From a virus, in the UHGV virus genome UHGV-0286028: a DNA stretch of 24,559 nt; one strand, given 5' to 3'. Below are positions 1 through 7,487 of this stretch, piece by piece. Below the pieces are notes generated by a model. It was not told where the DNA came from. It saw only the letters and a list, made by a program, of their open reading frames with translations, and did not search any database. A program made the position numbers and the translations under genes. How positions within the stretch are numbered: the stretch's first letter is position 1; every line of letters begins with the position of its first letter.

Positions 1-48
1 TTAACAGCTAACTCATAGCAACTCATTCCTATTCATATACTAATTTAA

Positions 49-79
49 CCCTCTGTTTTTACAGAGGGTTTTTGTTTTT
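49..79 (+). terminator. Rho-independent terminator upstream of the integrase gene
   Basis: Perfect 7-bp stem CCCTCTG (49-55) / CAGAGGG (62-68), 6-nt loop, followed by TTTTTGTTTTT (69-79). Confidence 0.7.
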
Positions 80-135
80 ATGTATTCATTTCTATTCACT
101 CTACACCATATTTTTCGTCGGTACAGGTGACGGTA

Positions 136-150
136 TTACCTTAAAGGTAT
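136..150. promoter_or_regulatory. Operator-like palindrome TTACC-TTAAA-GGTAT upstream of int (one mismatch to TTACC-N5-GGTAA)
   Basis: Matches the 15-bp inverted repeat found at the other operon starts in this window; lies about 45 bp upstream of the int start. Confidence 0.45.
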
Positions 151-192
151 ACTCTCATACCGTCATGAAAATGGTTTCTATACGGGTGAATT

Positions 193-1443
193 GTGCTTAC
201 CGATACAAAATTAAAAAACCTCAAGCCGCAGGACAAACTGTACAAGGTCTCCGATCGTGACGGGCTGTATGTAGCTGTGCTTACGTCAGGCACGGTCTCG
301 TTTCGCTATGACTACCGTATCAACGGTCGCCGCGAAACACTGGTAATCGGGCAGTATGGGCGTGACGGTATCAGCCTGGCAGAAGCGCGAGAAGAACTGA
401 TTGCTGCAAAGAAGCTGCTTAAAGCAGGCCAGTCACCGGCTGCGGCTAAACGTGACGGTATCAAAAAGATTCGTGGTGCCGAGACGTTTGCGGTACATAC
501 CGACAGTTATATGAAACACGTCATCCTGGCTGACAGTACCCGCGCAATGAAACAGGCGGTGATCGACCGTGACATACTTCCGGTTCTTGGCAATAAAATG
601 ATGGCTGAAATTACCACATCGATGGTTCGTGATTTGTGTGACCGGATTGTCGAACGCGGTGGCCGGGCAACAGCAGTGCAGGCCAGGGAGATCATCAGTA
701 GCGTATACCGTCACGCCAATGACCGTGGTCATGGTTTGTTTAATCCTGCGGCTGACATTAAACCTTCGTCTATCGCCATATTTAAACCACGAGAGCGAAC
801 ACTGACACCAGAAGAAATTGGCCTGTTCTTCCGCACGCTGGATGCCATTGGTGCTATGGGCACTATGAAAATGGCTTTAAAACTGGTGCTTATCACTATG
901 GTTCGTAAGGGCGAATTCACCAATGCAACGTGGGATGAAATAGATTTTAAAAAATGGACATGGACAATTCCTCCAGACCGCATGAAGGGAAGCCGGGCGC
1001 ACGTTATTTACCTGCCTAAACAGGCACAGGATATATTGGTCGGGTTGCAGATGTGCGCTGGTGGAAGTGAATATCTGGTTCCTGGTCGTTACAATTTCCG
1101 GAAGCCATTATCTAATGCCGCGCTGAACTCTCTGATCGACAGAACGGTGAAAATAATAAATGAAGATGGTGAGCATATTCAGGACTTCACTGTACATGAT
1201 ATGCGCCGTACAGCCAGTACGTTGTTGCATGAGGCTGGTTATCCTTCAGACTGGATTGAAAAGGCTCTGGCACATGAGCAGAAAGGTGTGCGCGCCGTAT
1301 ATAACAAAGCGGAATACGCCAGACAGCGCGCCTACATGTTGCAGCAGTGGGCCGATATGATTGATTCATGGATTGACGGGGAGCATACGGATCTGATTCC
1401 GTTCTCCCCGTCGAAGTTTGAGAAGTGGATGGCGGGGGAATAA
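193..1443 (+). CDS. int: Tyrosine site-specific integrase, P4/CP4-57-like family
   Basis: 416 aa; GTG start at 193; N-terminus MLTDTKLKNLKPQDKLYKVSDRDGLYV typical of the P4-type integrase arm-binding domain; C-terminal catalytic region with HDMRRT, LAHE and VRAVYNKAEY (R, H and Y catalytic residues). Confidence 0.93.
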   Translation: MLTDTKLKNLKPQDKLYKVSDRDGLYVAVLTSGTVSFRYDYRINGRRETLVIGQYGRDGISLAEAREELIAAKKLLKAGQSPAAAKRDGIKKIRGAETFAVHTDSYMKHVILADSTRAMKQAVIDRDILPVLGNKMMAEITTSMVRDLCDRIVERGGRATAVQAREIISSVYRHANDRGHGLFNPAADIKPSSIAIFKPRERTLTPEEIGLFFRTLDAIGAMGTMKMALKLVLITMVRKGEFTNATWDEIDFKKWTWTIPPDRMKGSRAHVIYLPKQAQDILVGLQMCAGGSEYLVPGRYNFRKPLSNAALNSLIDRTVKIINEDGEHIQDFTVHDMRRTASTLLHEAGYPSDWIEKALAHEQKGVRAVYNKAEYARQRAYMLQQWADMIDSWIDGEHTDLIPFSPSKFEKWMAGE

Positions 1444-1637
1444 CGTTTAATAGTTCTGCTGATTTTCTTCCATCTCTGCTTCTGCTGCCAGTGATTCAAT
1501 TTTGTTTTCGAATATTGCTGACAGTGTTGCAAATTCAGCATCAGTGACAGCGGGAATTGGAACAAACCTGATCCCGCTGTGTGCAAGCATGTTTGCAGTT
1601 TCAAGGCATTTTCTTAAATCTGCTGGTGATGCCCTGT

Positions 1638-2288
1638 TCATGCAGCACGCTCCCGCCCCTGGTTGTCTGTTGGTGACAGCGGAGCATTGCTGAATGCATT
1701 TGTTAATCCGCCAATATCCAACGCGTATCCAGGGTGTAGTTGCACTGCCGGGTCTTCGCACTGATTACCCCAAACATCGAAGCCATGAGACGTCTGGCGG
1801 GCGAACAGTTCAATGCGAGAAACATCGCCTAATAATTGCACAAGTTTTTCACGAACGATATCTGGCTTTCTTGAATGCTCAAGCCGCGGTGCGGTAAATG
1901 ACTGAACGATCCCTGCATTAATGCGCGTAGGTAGTTTTCCCTTTACCGCAAACAGGCAATCTTCACTATTGGCGCGAGTCATGTGTCCCATACCCATAAC
2001 CAGTTTATCTGGTTGTCGACTACCACATTTTATCCACGTGAAGCCCTTCATCGTCATCAGACGGAATCCCCAGGCTTCAACAACTTTTAGTGCTTCGAGT
2101 GGTTGTGTTGGCACCCACCACATGGCCAACAGACAGTTTTCATCGGCCAAATCCCACACAGGAAGGCGGCAGATATCCAGCACACTCATAACCGGATATT
2201 TAAAACCGGCACCGCGATTACCATCTGCGGCTTTGTCCCGGTATACCCAGGGTGGATCTGCATAGATTAGTGTGTATTTCTTAGTCAT
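1638..2288 (-). CDS. MT-A70 family DNA N6-adenine methyltransferase (orphan, phage Dam-like)
   Basis: ATG at 2288 (MTKKYTLIYADPPW...); DPPW catalytic motif; ATG overlaps the TAA stop of the upstream small ORF (ATGACTAA), indicating translational coupling. The longer ORF-track start at 2300 is a GTG. Confidence 0.8.
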   Translation of the reverse strand: MTKKYTLIYADPPWVYRDKAADGNRGAGFKYPVMSVLDICRLPVWDLADENCLLAMWWVPTQPLEALKVVEAWGFRLMTMKGFTWIKCGSRQPDKLVMGMGHMTRANSEDCLFAVKGKLPTRINAGIVQSFTAPRLEHSRKPDIVREKLVQLLGDVSRIELFARQTSHGFDVWGNQCEDPAVQLHPGYALDIGGLTNAFSNAPLSPTDNQGRERAA

Positions 2289-2580
2289 AAACCACCCCAC
2301 AACATCCTATGCCGCTATAGTCGCCACGGCGAAGGCCGTTACCTTTTGTGATACATTGGTCCCTGCGAACCGCGATCCTTGCACGTTCAACATCACCAGA
2401 AGCAACATCCATACACTGAAGCCAAAGGTGAGCGGCAATGCGGAATTGCCCTTTTTTCTCTCTTTCAATCGCGCGTTTTTCGATCTCTATCGCCGCAGGA
2501 GTAACGGCGACAATCTTTGACGGACTGCGCATTGAAACCTTATTCATGTGATATTTTTCAAGTCGGCTTAACTTTCTCAC
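2281..2580 (-). CDS. Hypothetical small protein translationally coupled to the methyltransferase
   Basis: 99-aa ORF (GTG at 2580 preceded by GAGGG; alternative ATG at 2547); stop overlaps the methyltransferase start. No recognisable motif. Confidence 0.45.
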   Translation of the reverse strand: MRKLSRLEKYHMNKVSMRSPSKIVAVTPAAIEIEKRAIEREKKGQFRIAAHLWLQCMDVASGDVERARIAVRRDQCITKGNGLRRGDYSGIGCCGVVYD

Positions 2581-2689
2581 TTAATCCAACCCTCTCTGAA
2601 AATTAATGCCAGCAGATAAAGCCATGCTGAAACAGAGGCCAGGAATAAGTACCATCCTGACCATTTGCTCCAGTGCCTTAGCAGCGCAC

Positions 2690-2938
2690 TCATGCAGCGT
2701 TGCTCACGGGACGATATACACGTTGCTGAACAGGAGGTTTTTTACCCTGGAACTCTGCCGGGCTTGCTGCCTGACGTTCATCAAGCCAACGCTCAACTTC
2801 GTCACGGTTCCATGCGCAGCGTTTGTCAGTGATATACCAGCGTTTAGGAAATTCCCCTGCGCGCTCCATACGGTCGATAGTGCTCCATGACAGTGGCACC
2901 ACCGCCAGGAGTTCCTTCTTACCTAATGCACCTTTCAT
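2690..2938 (-). CDS. AlpA-family HTH DNA-binding protein (putative excisionase / prophage regulator)
   Basis: 82 aa; KKELLAVVPLSWSTIDRMERAGEFPKRWYI matches the AlpA/Xis-type winged-helix pattern; AGAGAGG SD upstream of ATG 2938; position between recombination genes and int. Confidence 0.75.
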   Translation of the reverse strand: MKGALGKKELLAVVPLSWSTIDRMERAGEFPKRWYITDKRCAWNRDEVERWLDERQAASPAEFQGKKPPVQQRVYRPVSNAA

Positions 2939-2987
2939 AAATACCTCTCTTGGTTGCAGTGCGGCGCGTGTGGCGCCGCGGTGGTGG

Positions 2988-3929
2988 TTACATAGATGTT
3001 TCGTTTAATTCTTCCCGACGAACGCTGTAAACGTCGGTGGCTTTTGCCAGCAGTTCGTCATCATCTGAAAGTTTTTGTGCAATGTATTTGTAAGCCTTAT
3101 CCAGTTCGGAGACAGTGCTGTAATTCATCGCTGCGCTGGTAAAGGCCATCAGCATTTCTTCTGGATCACGGCTATCCGCTTTACGAGTTTGCTCATCAGG
3201 CTTTTTCACTGGTTTAGCGTTGATCAGACTGTTCATTCCCGCAGCAGTGGTCGTTTGCGGAGTAATGTCTCGCTCAACGCGCGGTGCCGTTTCCTGTAAT
3301 TCGTCTGGTGTGTAGACGCCCATGATTACGTCAGGACAGTGCAAGCGAGACCAGCGTTTTGTCGCAAGGTATGCGAGTTGTTGTTTCGGATCACTGGCCC
3401 AAAGTGTGGAGTTTCTTACCTGTGCTTGAGACAGCATTAACTCAAGCACTCGAGGTTGATCCTCGCCCTTCATGGTTGCCCATACGCGAACACCGCAGCC
3501 TTCTTCGTCTTTTAGAGTCCAGCCTGGTGCGATATATGGATTGCCGTTTTTGGATGTTTTCTCAACAAACTTACCGATCACGCGTTCCCACGGCCCGAAC
3601 CACTCGTAGTTGATGCGATCTTTTGTTGGCGACATCGTTGAGATAACTGCGTTTACTAATTGGGCTTCATAACCTAGCGTGCCGTTCACAACATGGGTTT
3701 TCTGAGCCACGGCAAACGGGTTCATTCCCCACTGCGCAGCCTGCATTGCCACGGCCATGCAATCAGCTGGTTTCCCGGCGAGGTGCGCCGGTACCGTTAC
3801 GCGGCTTTGCGCCATTACCTCGGCGAATTTCATCAGTTGGTTCAAGCCGTCTGGGCTGAAAATAGTTGCAGCAGTTCCAGCGATTGCTGTGTCTACTGGT
3901 GCGTTGATGTTTGCGATGTCGTTGCTCAT
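2988..3929 (-). CDS. recT: RecT/Red-beta family single-strand annealing recombinase
   Basis: ATG at 3929 overlaps the exonuclease stop (ATGA); core region (QWGMNPF ... KRWSRLHCPDVIMGVYTPDE) resembles the Bet/RecT fold pattern; immediately downstream of the partner exonuclease. Confidence 0.75.
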   Translation of the reverse strand: MSNDIANINAPVDTAIAGTAATIFSPDGLNQLMKFAEVMAQSRVTVPAHLAGKPADCMAVAMQAAQWGMNPFAVAQKTHVVNGTLGYEAQLVNAVISTMSPTKDRINYEWFGPWERVIGKFVEKTSKNGNPYIAPGWTLKDEEGCGVRVWATMKGEDQPRVLELMLSQAQVRNSTLWASDPKQQLAYLATKRWSRLHCPDVIMGVYTPDELQETAPRVERDITPQTTTAAGMNSLINAKPVKKPDEQTRKADSRDPEEMLMAFTSAAMNYSTVSELDKAYKYIAQKLSDDDELLAKATDVYSVRREELNETSM

Positions 3930-4747
3930 ATGTACATATCCTGTTTGCGTGCCCACTCAGGGCGTTTAATGATTTCCACACCGCCCCATTCATCATTTAT
4001 GCGGCATTCGTGATAGGTATTCAGATCCCGGCGGAACAGAGCGTGCCCGGCATCGACATCCGGCGCATCCAGCTCGAACACGCGTACCGGATACCGACCA
4101 CAATCAATGCTTTCGCTCACGGCAAGAAAGAAAAAACCATGCGGCTGACCAGTAACCCTCATTGCGCCTTCGCGGTACATTGCGTCCTGCACGTGGTAGC
4201 GGAATTCCTCGATGTGGCGTGCAAAACGGTCCATATCTGCAACCTTTTTCACGTCGACGATCACGTTGTGCTCGTTCAGCCATTTGTCTGGACGAATGCG
4301 GCACAACTCACCAGTCTCTTCATCATTCCAGTACATTGATGCTTCGCAGTAACCAGGTGCTTCCAGCATCCAGCGTGCCGCCGGGTGAGCCATTGCGCTA
4401 TCACGCATCAGCTCCAGTTTCCGCCACTGCTCGGCATCAAGTACCGTAATCCCCATATCCGCTACATCACGAAGAAATGCTTCTTCGTCAGCTTTACCTT
4501 GTTTCGTCCGACGATCGAACTTCGGTGAAACAATGAAGCGTTTGTCGAATTCTCCAGGCTCCAGAAGCAGACAGTGCAATGCGGTTCCCATATCCAGTGC
4601 AGACTTTTTCTCTTCGTCTTCTGGTGCTGCCTGGACCCATTTAAGAAGCGCCGGATTCTTGGCAACCATGTCCAGTTGCGACTTACTCACGCCGTCACCG
4701 GCGTGGTAGTCTTCGTTGCTGATGTCGAAATAAATTCCCGGTTTCAT
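3926..4747 (-). CDS. PD-(D/E)XK exonuclease (YqaJ / exonuclease VIII-like), recombination partner of RecT
   Basis: 273 aa; N-terminus MKPGIYFDISNEDYHAGDGVSKSQLDM typical of phage PDDEXK exonucleases; ATGA overlap with the upstream gene stop and with the recT start. Confidence 0.75.
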   Translation of the reverse strand: MKPGIYFDISNEDYHAGDGVSKSQLDMVAKNPALLKWVQAAPEDEEKKSALDMGTALHCLLLEPGEFDKRFIVSPKFDRRTKQGKADEEAFLRDVADMGITVLDAEQWRKLELMRDSAMAHPAARWMLEAPGYCEASMYWNDEETGELCRIRPDKWLNEHNVIVDVKKVADMDRFARHIEEFRYHVQDAMYREGAMRVTGQPHGFFFLAVSESIDCGRYPVRVFELDAPDVDAGHALFRRDLNTYHECRINDEWGGVEIIKRPEWARKQDMYI

Positions 4748-5043
4748 GCCGCGTCCCTCTGTCCATCAAGCTGATCCGCCAGATCCCAGCGGGCGATAAT
4801 TGCCATTGCCTCTCGCCGATAGGCATCCATCAGTTCTTCGAACTCAGGGCTGTCTTTAGCAGCCTCCAGTACTTCCTGACGAACGCCTTTGCCTGTTACA
4901 ACGTCAAAAGTTGAGGACAGTTGATGAAGTCGGATGCTCTCAATCAGTTCAACTTGTCGGTCATATAGCTGTTCTGACAGGCGGTAGTCCTTGTCGAATG
5001 CCAGCATGATTTTTTGAAGATTTTTCTGCTGATTAACGTTCAT
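4744..5043 (-). CDS. Hypothetical early protein
   Basis: ATG at 5043 (MNVNQQKN...) preceded by GGAGGG SD; coupled (ATGA) to the exonuclease gene. Confidence 0.5.
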   Translation of the reverse strand: MNVNQQKNLQKIMLAFDKDYRLSEQLYDRQVELIESIRLHQLSSTFDVVTGKGVRQEVLEAAKDSPEFEELMDAYRREAMAIIARWDLADQLDGQRDAA

Positions 5044-5045
5044 TA

Positions 5046-5198
5046 TCAGCCCTCCCATATCTCGTTATCGTTGGCTACATCGCGAGCTTCTTTGCTGACG
5101 AAAGCCCACTTAATGCCTTCCTGTAAGGTGCGGAACTTCCAGCTCATGAATCCGCATGCAGTAACGCAGTACCAACCGTTGATGATTTTCCACTGCAT
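5046..5198 (-). CDS. Small hypothetical protein (50 aa), first gene of the leftward early operon
   Basis: Below the ORF-track cutoff; I translated it as MQWKIINGWYCVTACGFMSWKFRTLQEGIKWAFVSKEARDVANDNEIWEG; GAGG about 9 nt upstream of the ATG; TGA stop 2 nt before the next ATG. Confidence 0.35.
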   Translation of the reverse strand: MQWKIINGWYCVTACGFMSWKFRTLQEGIKWAFVSKEARDVANDNEIWEG

Positions 5199-5217
5199 AA
5201 CTTGTTACCTCGGTCTG

Positions 5218-5232
5218 TTACCGTTGAGGTAA
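5218..5232. promoter_or_regulatory. Operator palindrome TTACC-GTTGA-GGTAA (leftward-promoter region, site 1)
   Basis: Perfect 5+5 inverted repeat with 5-bp spacer; between the repressor terminator and the leftward operon. Confidence 0.6.
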
Positions 5233-5279
5233 TAATTATGCGTATCTGGTTTGATCTCAATAGGTATGAGTTAAAAAAA

Positions 5280-5294
5280 TTACCCGTTAGGTAA
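5280..5294. promoter_or_regulatory. Operator palindrome TTACC-CGTTA-GGTAA (leftward-promoter region, site 2)
   Basis: Perfect inverted repeat, 62 bp centre-to-centre from site 1. Confidence 0.6.
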
Positions 5295-5305
5295 TCGAAT
5301 AGGCA

Positions 5306-5329
5306 ATAAAAAAGCCGCCATAAGGCGGC
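5306..5329 (-). terminator. Rho-independent terminator downstream of the repressor gene (minus strand)
   Basis: Stem GCCGCC (5314-5319) / GGCGGC (5324-5329), loop ATAA; A-run 5306-5313 on plus = U-run after the hairpin on the minus transcript. Confidence 0.65.
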
Positions 5330-5351
5330 TTACTTACTGAAAAATATGATT

Positions 5352-5936
5352 TTATTGTTTGTTTTTTTCGTTCTGGTTGATGACAAATTCAATGTAACTT
5401 TCGATCTTTGCCTTCTCTGTTTCAGGTAACAATGCGTAGCGCGAGCGGTCATAGTTGATAGTTGCAGGGTCATGCGGATGAATCAGTAGTTCATATCCGT
5501 GACGCCCGAATGCAGATGCAACATTCTCCAGGGTGGAAATGGAAACGCTGACCTCATTGTTTAACAGGCGGCTTATTGTCACCTGGGCGACGCCGGATGC
5601 GCGGTGAAGTTTTCCCTGAGTTGAAAGGTCGCGGCTTTCACTCATCCAGCGTTCCAGGTTGTGAGCTGCCAGCTGACCAATGTCGCTTGGGCCGACAGGC
5701 TGAAAACCTTCCTGAGAAAGCGAGCGATCGATATCAAGCCAGTTACGGGGTTTATTGGCGGCAGCTTCAATTTTTCGCGCAACCTGGTCGCCGATAACCT
5801 TCTTGCCAAGAGCCCAGCGGTTTACCAGATTTGCCTGAGTTCCAAGTTTTTCTGCCATCCGCGTCTGAACACCATTGAATTCACGGTCGATCAAGTCGTT
5901 GAGATTTTGCCTGCGGACGTCCTGGATACTTTTCAT
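5352..5936 (-). CDS. CI-like immunity repressor with two HTH (Cro/C1-type) domains and no peptidase domain
   Basis: 194 aa; N-terminal HTH pattern (TRMAEKLGTQANLVNRWALGKK) and a second HTH-like segment (GVAQVTISRLLNNEVSVSISTLENVASAFG); divergent from a Cro-like gene across a 154-bp region with three palindromic sites; no S24 Ala-Gly/Ser-Lys motifs seen. Confidence 0.6.
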   Translation of the reverse strand: MKSIQDVRRQNLNDLIDREFNGVQTRMAEKLGTQANLVNRWALGKKVIGDQVARKIEAAANKPRNWLDIDRSLSQEGFQPVGPSDIGQLAAHNLERWMSESRDLSTQGKLHRASGVAQVTISRLLNNEVSVSISTLENVASAFGRHGYELLIHPHDPATINYDRSRYALLPETEKAKIESYIEFVINQNEKNKQ

Positions 5937-5991
5937 TTTCTGGAAAATCGCCTCATATATGAATCAGTAGATGATTCAATTTAAAGCAATA

Positions 5992-6054
5992 TTACCCAAC
6001 AGGTAAATGCACCTCATAGGTAACTATCCTTGATTTTTGTTACCTTATGGGTGA
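5992..6054. promoter_or_regulatory. Tripartite operator cluster between repressor and cro-like genes (5992-6006, 6009-6023, 6040-6054)
   Basis: TTACC-CAACA-GGTAA (perfect), GCACC-TCATA-GGTAA (degenerate left half), TTACC-TTATG-GGTGA (one mismatch); spacing 17 and 31 bp, reminiscent of an OR1-3 arrangement. Confidence 0.65.
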
Positions 6055-6090
6055 ATATTTATTATCTGAAATAAATATCAGGCAATAGCT

Positions 6091-6321
6091 ATGAGCGATA
6101 ACGGACATTTCGATTTCAAAAAGCACTGGCTTGCACTTACTCCGGATGAGCGTGAAGCCTTCGCACAGGAAGCCGGAACGACGAGTCACTATATCCAGAC
6201 TCACTTAACAGGTAAGCGCAAAATGCCAGGTAAGGTATTGATGAATGGGCTTTTTAAAGCCTGTAAAACAAGACAATGGCTGCGCTCAAAAGCAGAACTG
6301 GCATACTTCTTCTACTCATGA
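6091..6321 (+). CDS. Cro-like / YdaS-like small HTH regulator (first gene of the rightward early operon)
   Basis: 76 aa; LTPDEREAFAQEAGTTSHYIQTHLTGKRKMP resembles a short HTH; divergent from the repressor. Confidence 0.5.
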   Translation: MSDNGHFDFKKHWLALTPDEREAFAQEAGTTSHYIQTHLTGKRKMPGKVLMNGLFKACKTRQWLRSKAELAYFFYS

Positions 6322-6343
6322 TATCCAGCTACAACCCTCTGTA

Positions 6344-6365
6344 GACCGCCACCCGGCGGTCTTTT
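6344..6365 (+). terminator. Rho-independent terminator after the cro-like gene (tR1-like position)
   Basis: Stem GACCGCC (6344-6350) / GGCGGTC (6355-6361), loop ACCC, then TTTT. Confidence 0.65.
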
Positions 6366-6376
6366 CATATCTATTC

Positions 6377-6391
6377 GTACCTCAAAGGTAA
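6377..6391. promoter_or_regulatory. Operator-like palindrome GTACC-TCAAA-GGTAA just downstream of the post-cro terminator
   Basis: One mismatch to TTACC-N5-GGTAA; 12 bp after the terminator T-run. Confidence 0.45.
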
Positions 6392-6469
6392 TAAAAAACC
6401 AAATCTGGTTGATCAAATTTTCCAATTGTGCAAAATAGCCAATATCAATAACAAAAAGGGGCGGAAAAA

Positions 6470-6682
6470 TTGAAGATAGTAACCAGAATGGAGGCCGCAA
6501 AAGCCGGGTTAAATCGCTATTTCACAGGAAAGCGGTGCCGTCACGGCCATCTCTCTGAAAGGTATGTTCTGAACGGAACATGTGTTGAATGTGCAATGAA
6601 TAGCGCCAACCGCCATCGTAATGAATTTGCTTGTGCACTAAAGAGTGCAAGAGGGGAAACCTATGGCAAGCAGCTGGATTAA
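6470..6682 (+). CDS. Small Cys/His-rich (zinc-ribbon-like) protein
   Basis: 70 aa from a TTG start preceded by AAGGGG; C-x-H-G-H ... C-x-x-C spacing (KRCRHGH ... GTCVECA); 3' end overlaps the start of the O-like gene by 20 nt. Confidence 0.4.
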   Translation: MKIVTRMEAAKAGLNRYFTGKRCRHGHLSERYVLNGTCVECAMNSANRHRNEFACALKSARGETYGKQLD

Positions 6683-7487
6683 GGTTGAAGTTATCACTCC
6701 TGATAAACCTGAAATTTTTCAGATAGCAGAAATTCTGGGTATTGATCCAGATGCTGTTCTTGGAAAGCTGGTTCGTATATGGGCATGGGCTGACCAGCAA
6801 ACAATAGACGGTAACGCTGGCAGCGTTACAAAAGGAGTACTTGATAGACTCGCTTTTATTACAGGATTTGCTGACGCCCTCATTAGCGTCGGATGGCTTG
6901 CTTATCATGACGGCAAACTAATTCTTCCAAACTTTGAGCGACATAATGGAGAATCATCGAAAAAACGTGCACTTACGAATAGAAGAGTGGCAGAGCATCG
7001 AAAACGAGTAACGCAAAAAGTAACGCCAACAGCGTTACAAAAGGAGTTACCAGAGGAAGAGGAAGATATATATAAAACCCCACACATAGCGCACGTGCGC
7101 GAGGGTGCTCCGACCAGTGAAGCGAACGGTATGCCGTTGCAGGTGGCTGAACCTGAATTTCTGGATGGCCTGAGTGAACCCATCGGGAAATTTCCGATGA
7201 CCGATGGCTGGCATCCGTCGCCGGATTTTCGACGGCGTGCTGCGCTGTGGGGAACGGTCCTGCCGGAACCGGAATTTACACCTGCTGAACTTGCTGCATT
7301 CCGGGATTACTGGATGGCTGAGGGCAAAGTGTTCACGCAGGTTCAGTGGGAACAAAAATTCGCCAGGCACGTAAATCATATCAGGGGAAAATCAAAAAAC
7401 GCCGGGAAAAGCGATGAGCTTGACTGGAATAACACTGACTGGATAGAAGGGGTGTGGGATGAAATCAACTCCAGAACTTCTCAATGA
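6663..7487 (+). CDS. Replication initiation protein (lambda O-like role; replisome-organiser N-domain, DnaT-like C-terminal region)
   Basis: ATG 6663 with GAGGGG SD; directly precedes the lambda-P-like helicase loader; C-terminal W-rich segment (FRDYWMAEGKVFTQVQWEQKFARHV). Confidence 0.55.
   Translation: MASSWIKVEVITPDKPEIFQIAEILGIDPDAVLGKLVRIWAWADQQTIDGNAGSVTKGVLDRLAFITGFADALISVGWLAYHDGKLILPNFERHNGESSKKRALTNRRVAEHRKRVTQKVTPTALQKELPEEEEDIYKTPHIAHVREGAPTSEANGMPLQVAEPEFLDGLSEPIGKFPMTDGWHPSPDFRRRAALWGTVLPEPEFTPAELAAFRDYWMAEGKVFTQVQWEQKFARHVNHIRGKSKNAGKSDELDWNNTDWIEGVWDEINSRTSQ

Noticed and set aside
72-260. 62-aa plus-strand ORF upstream of and overlapping the integrase start
   Set aside because: It begins inside the terminator T-run and overlaps the int GTG start region; no RBS.
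1447-1761. 104-aa minus-strand ORF overlapping the 3' end of the methyltransferase gene in another frame
   Set aside because: No SD at any internal start, and it overlaps the better-supported DPPW methyltransferase frame; it could reflect a frameshift in the methyltransferase C-terminus, but that cannot be resolved by eye.
2606-2890. 94-aa plus-strand ORF
   Set aside because: Antisense to the AlpA-like gene, whose HTH motif is clear; shadow ORF.
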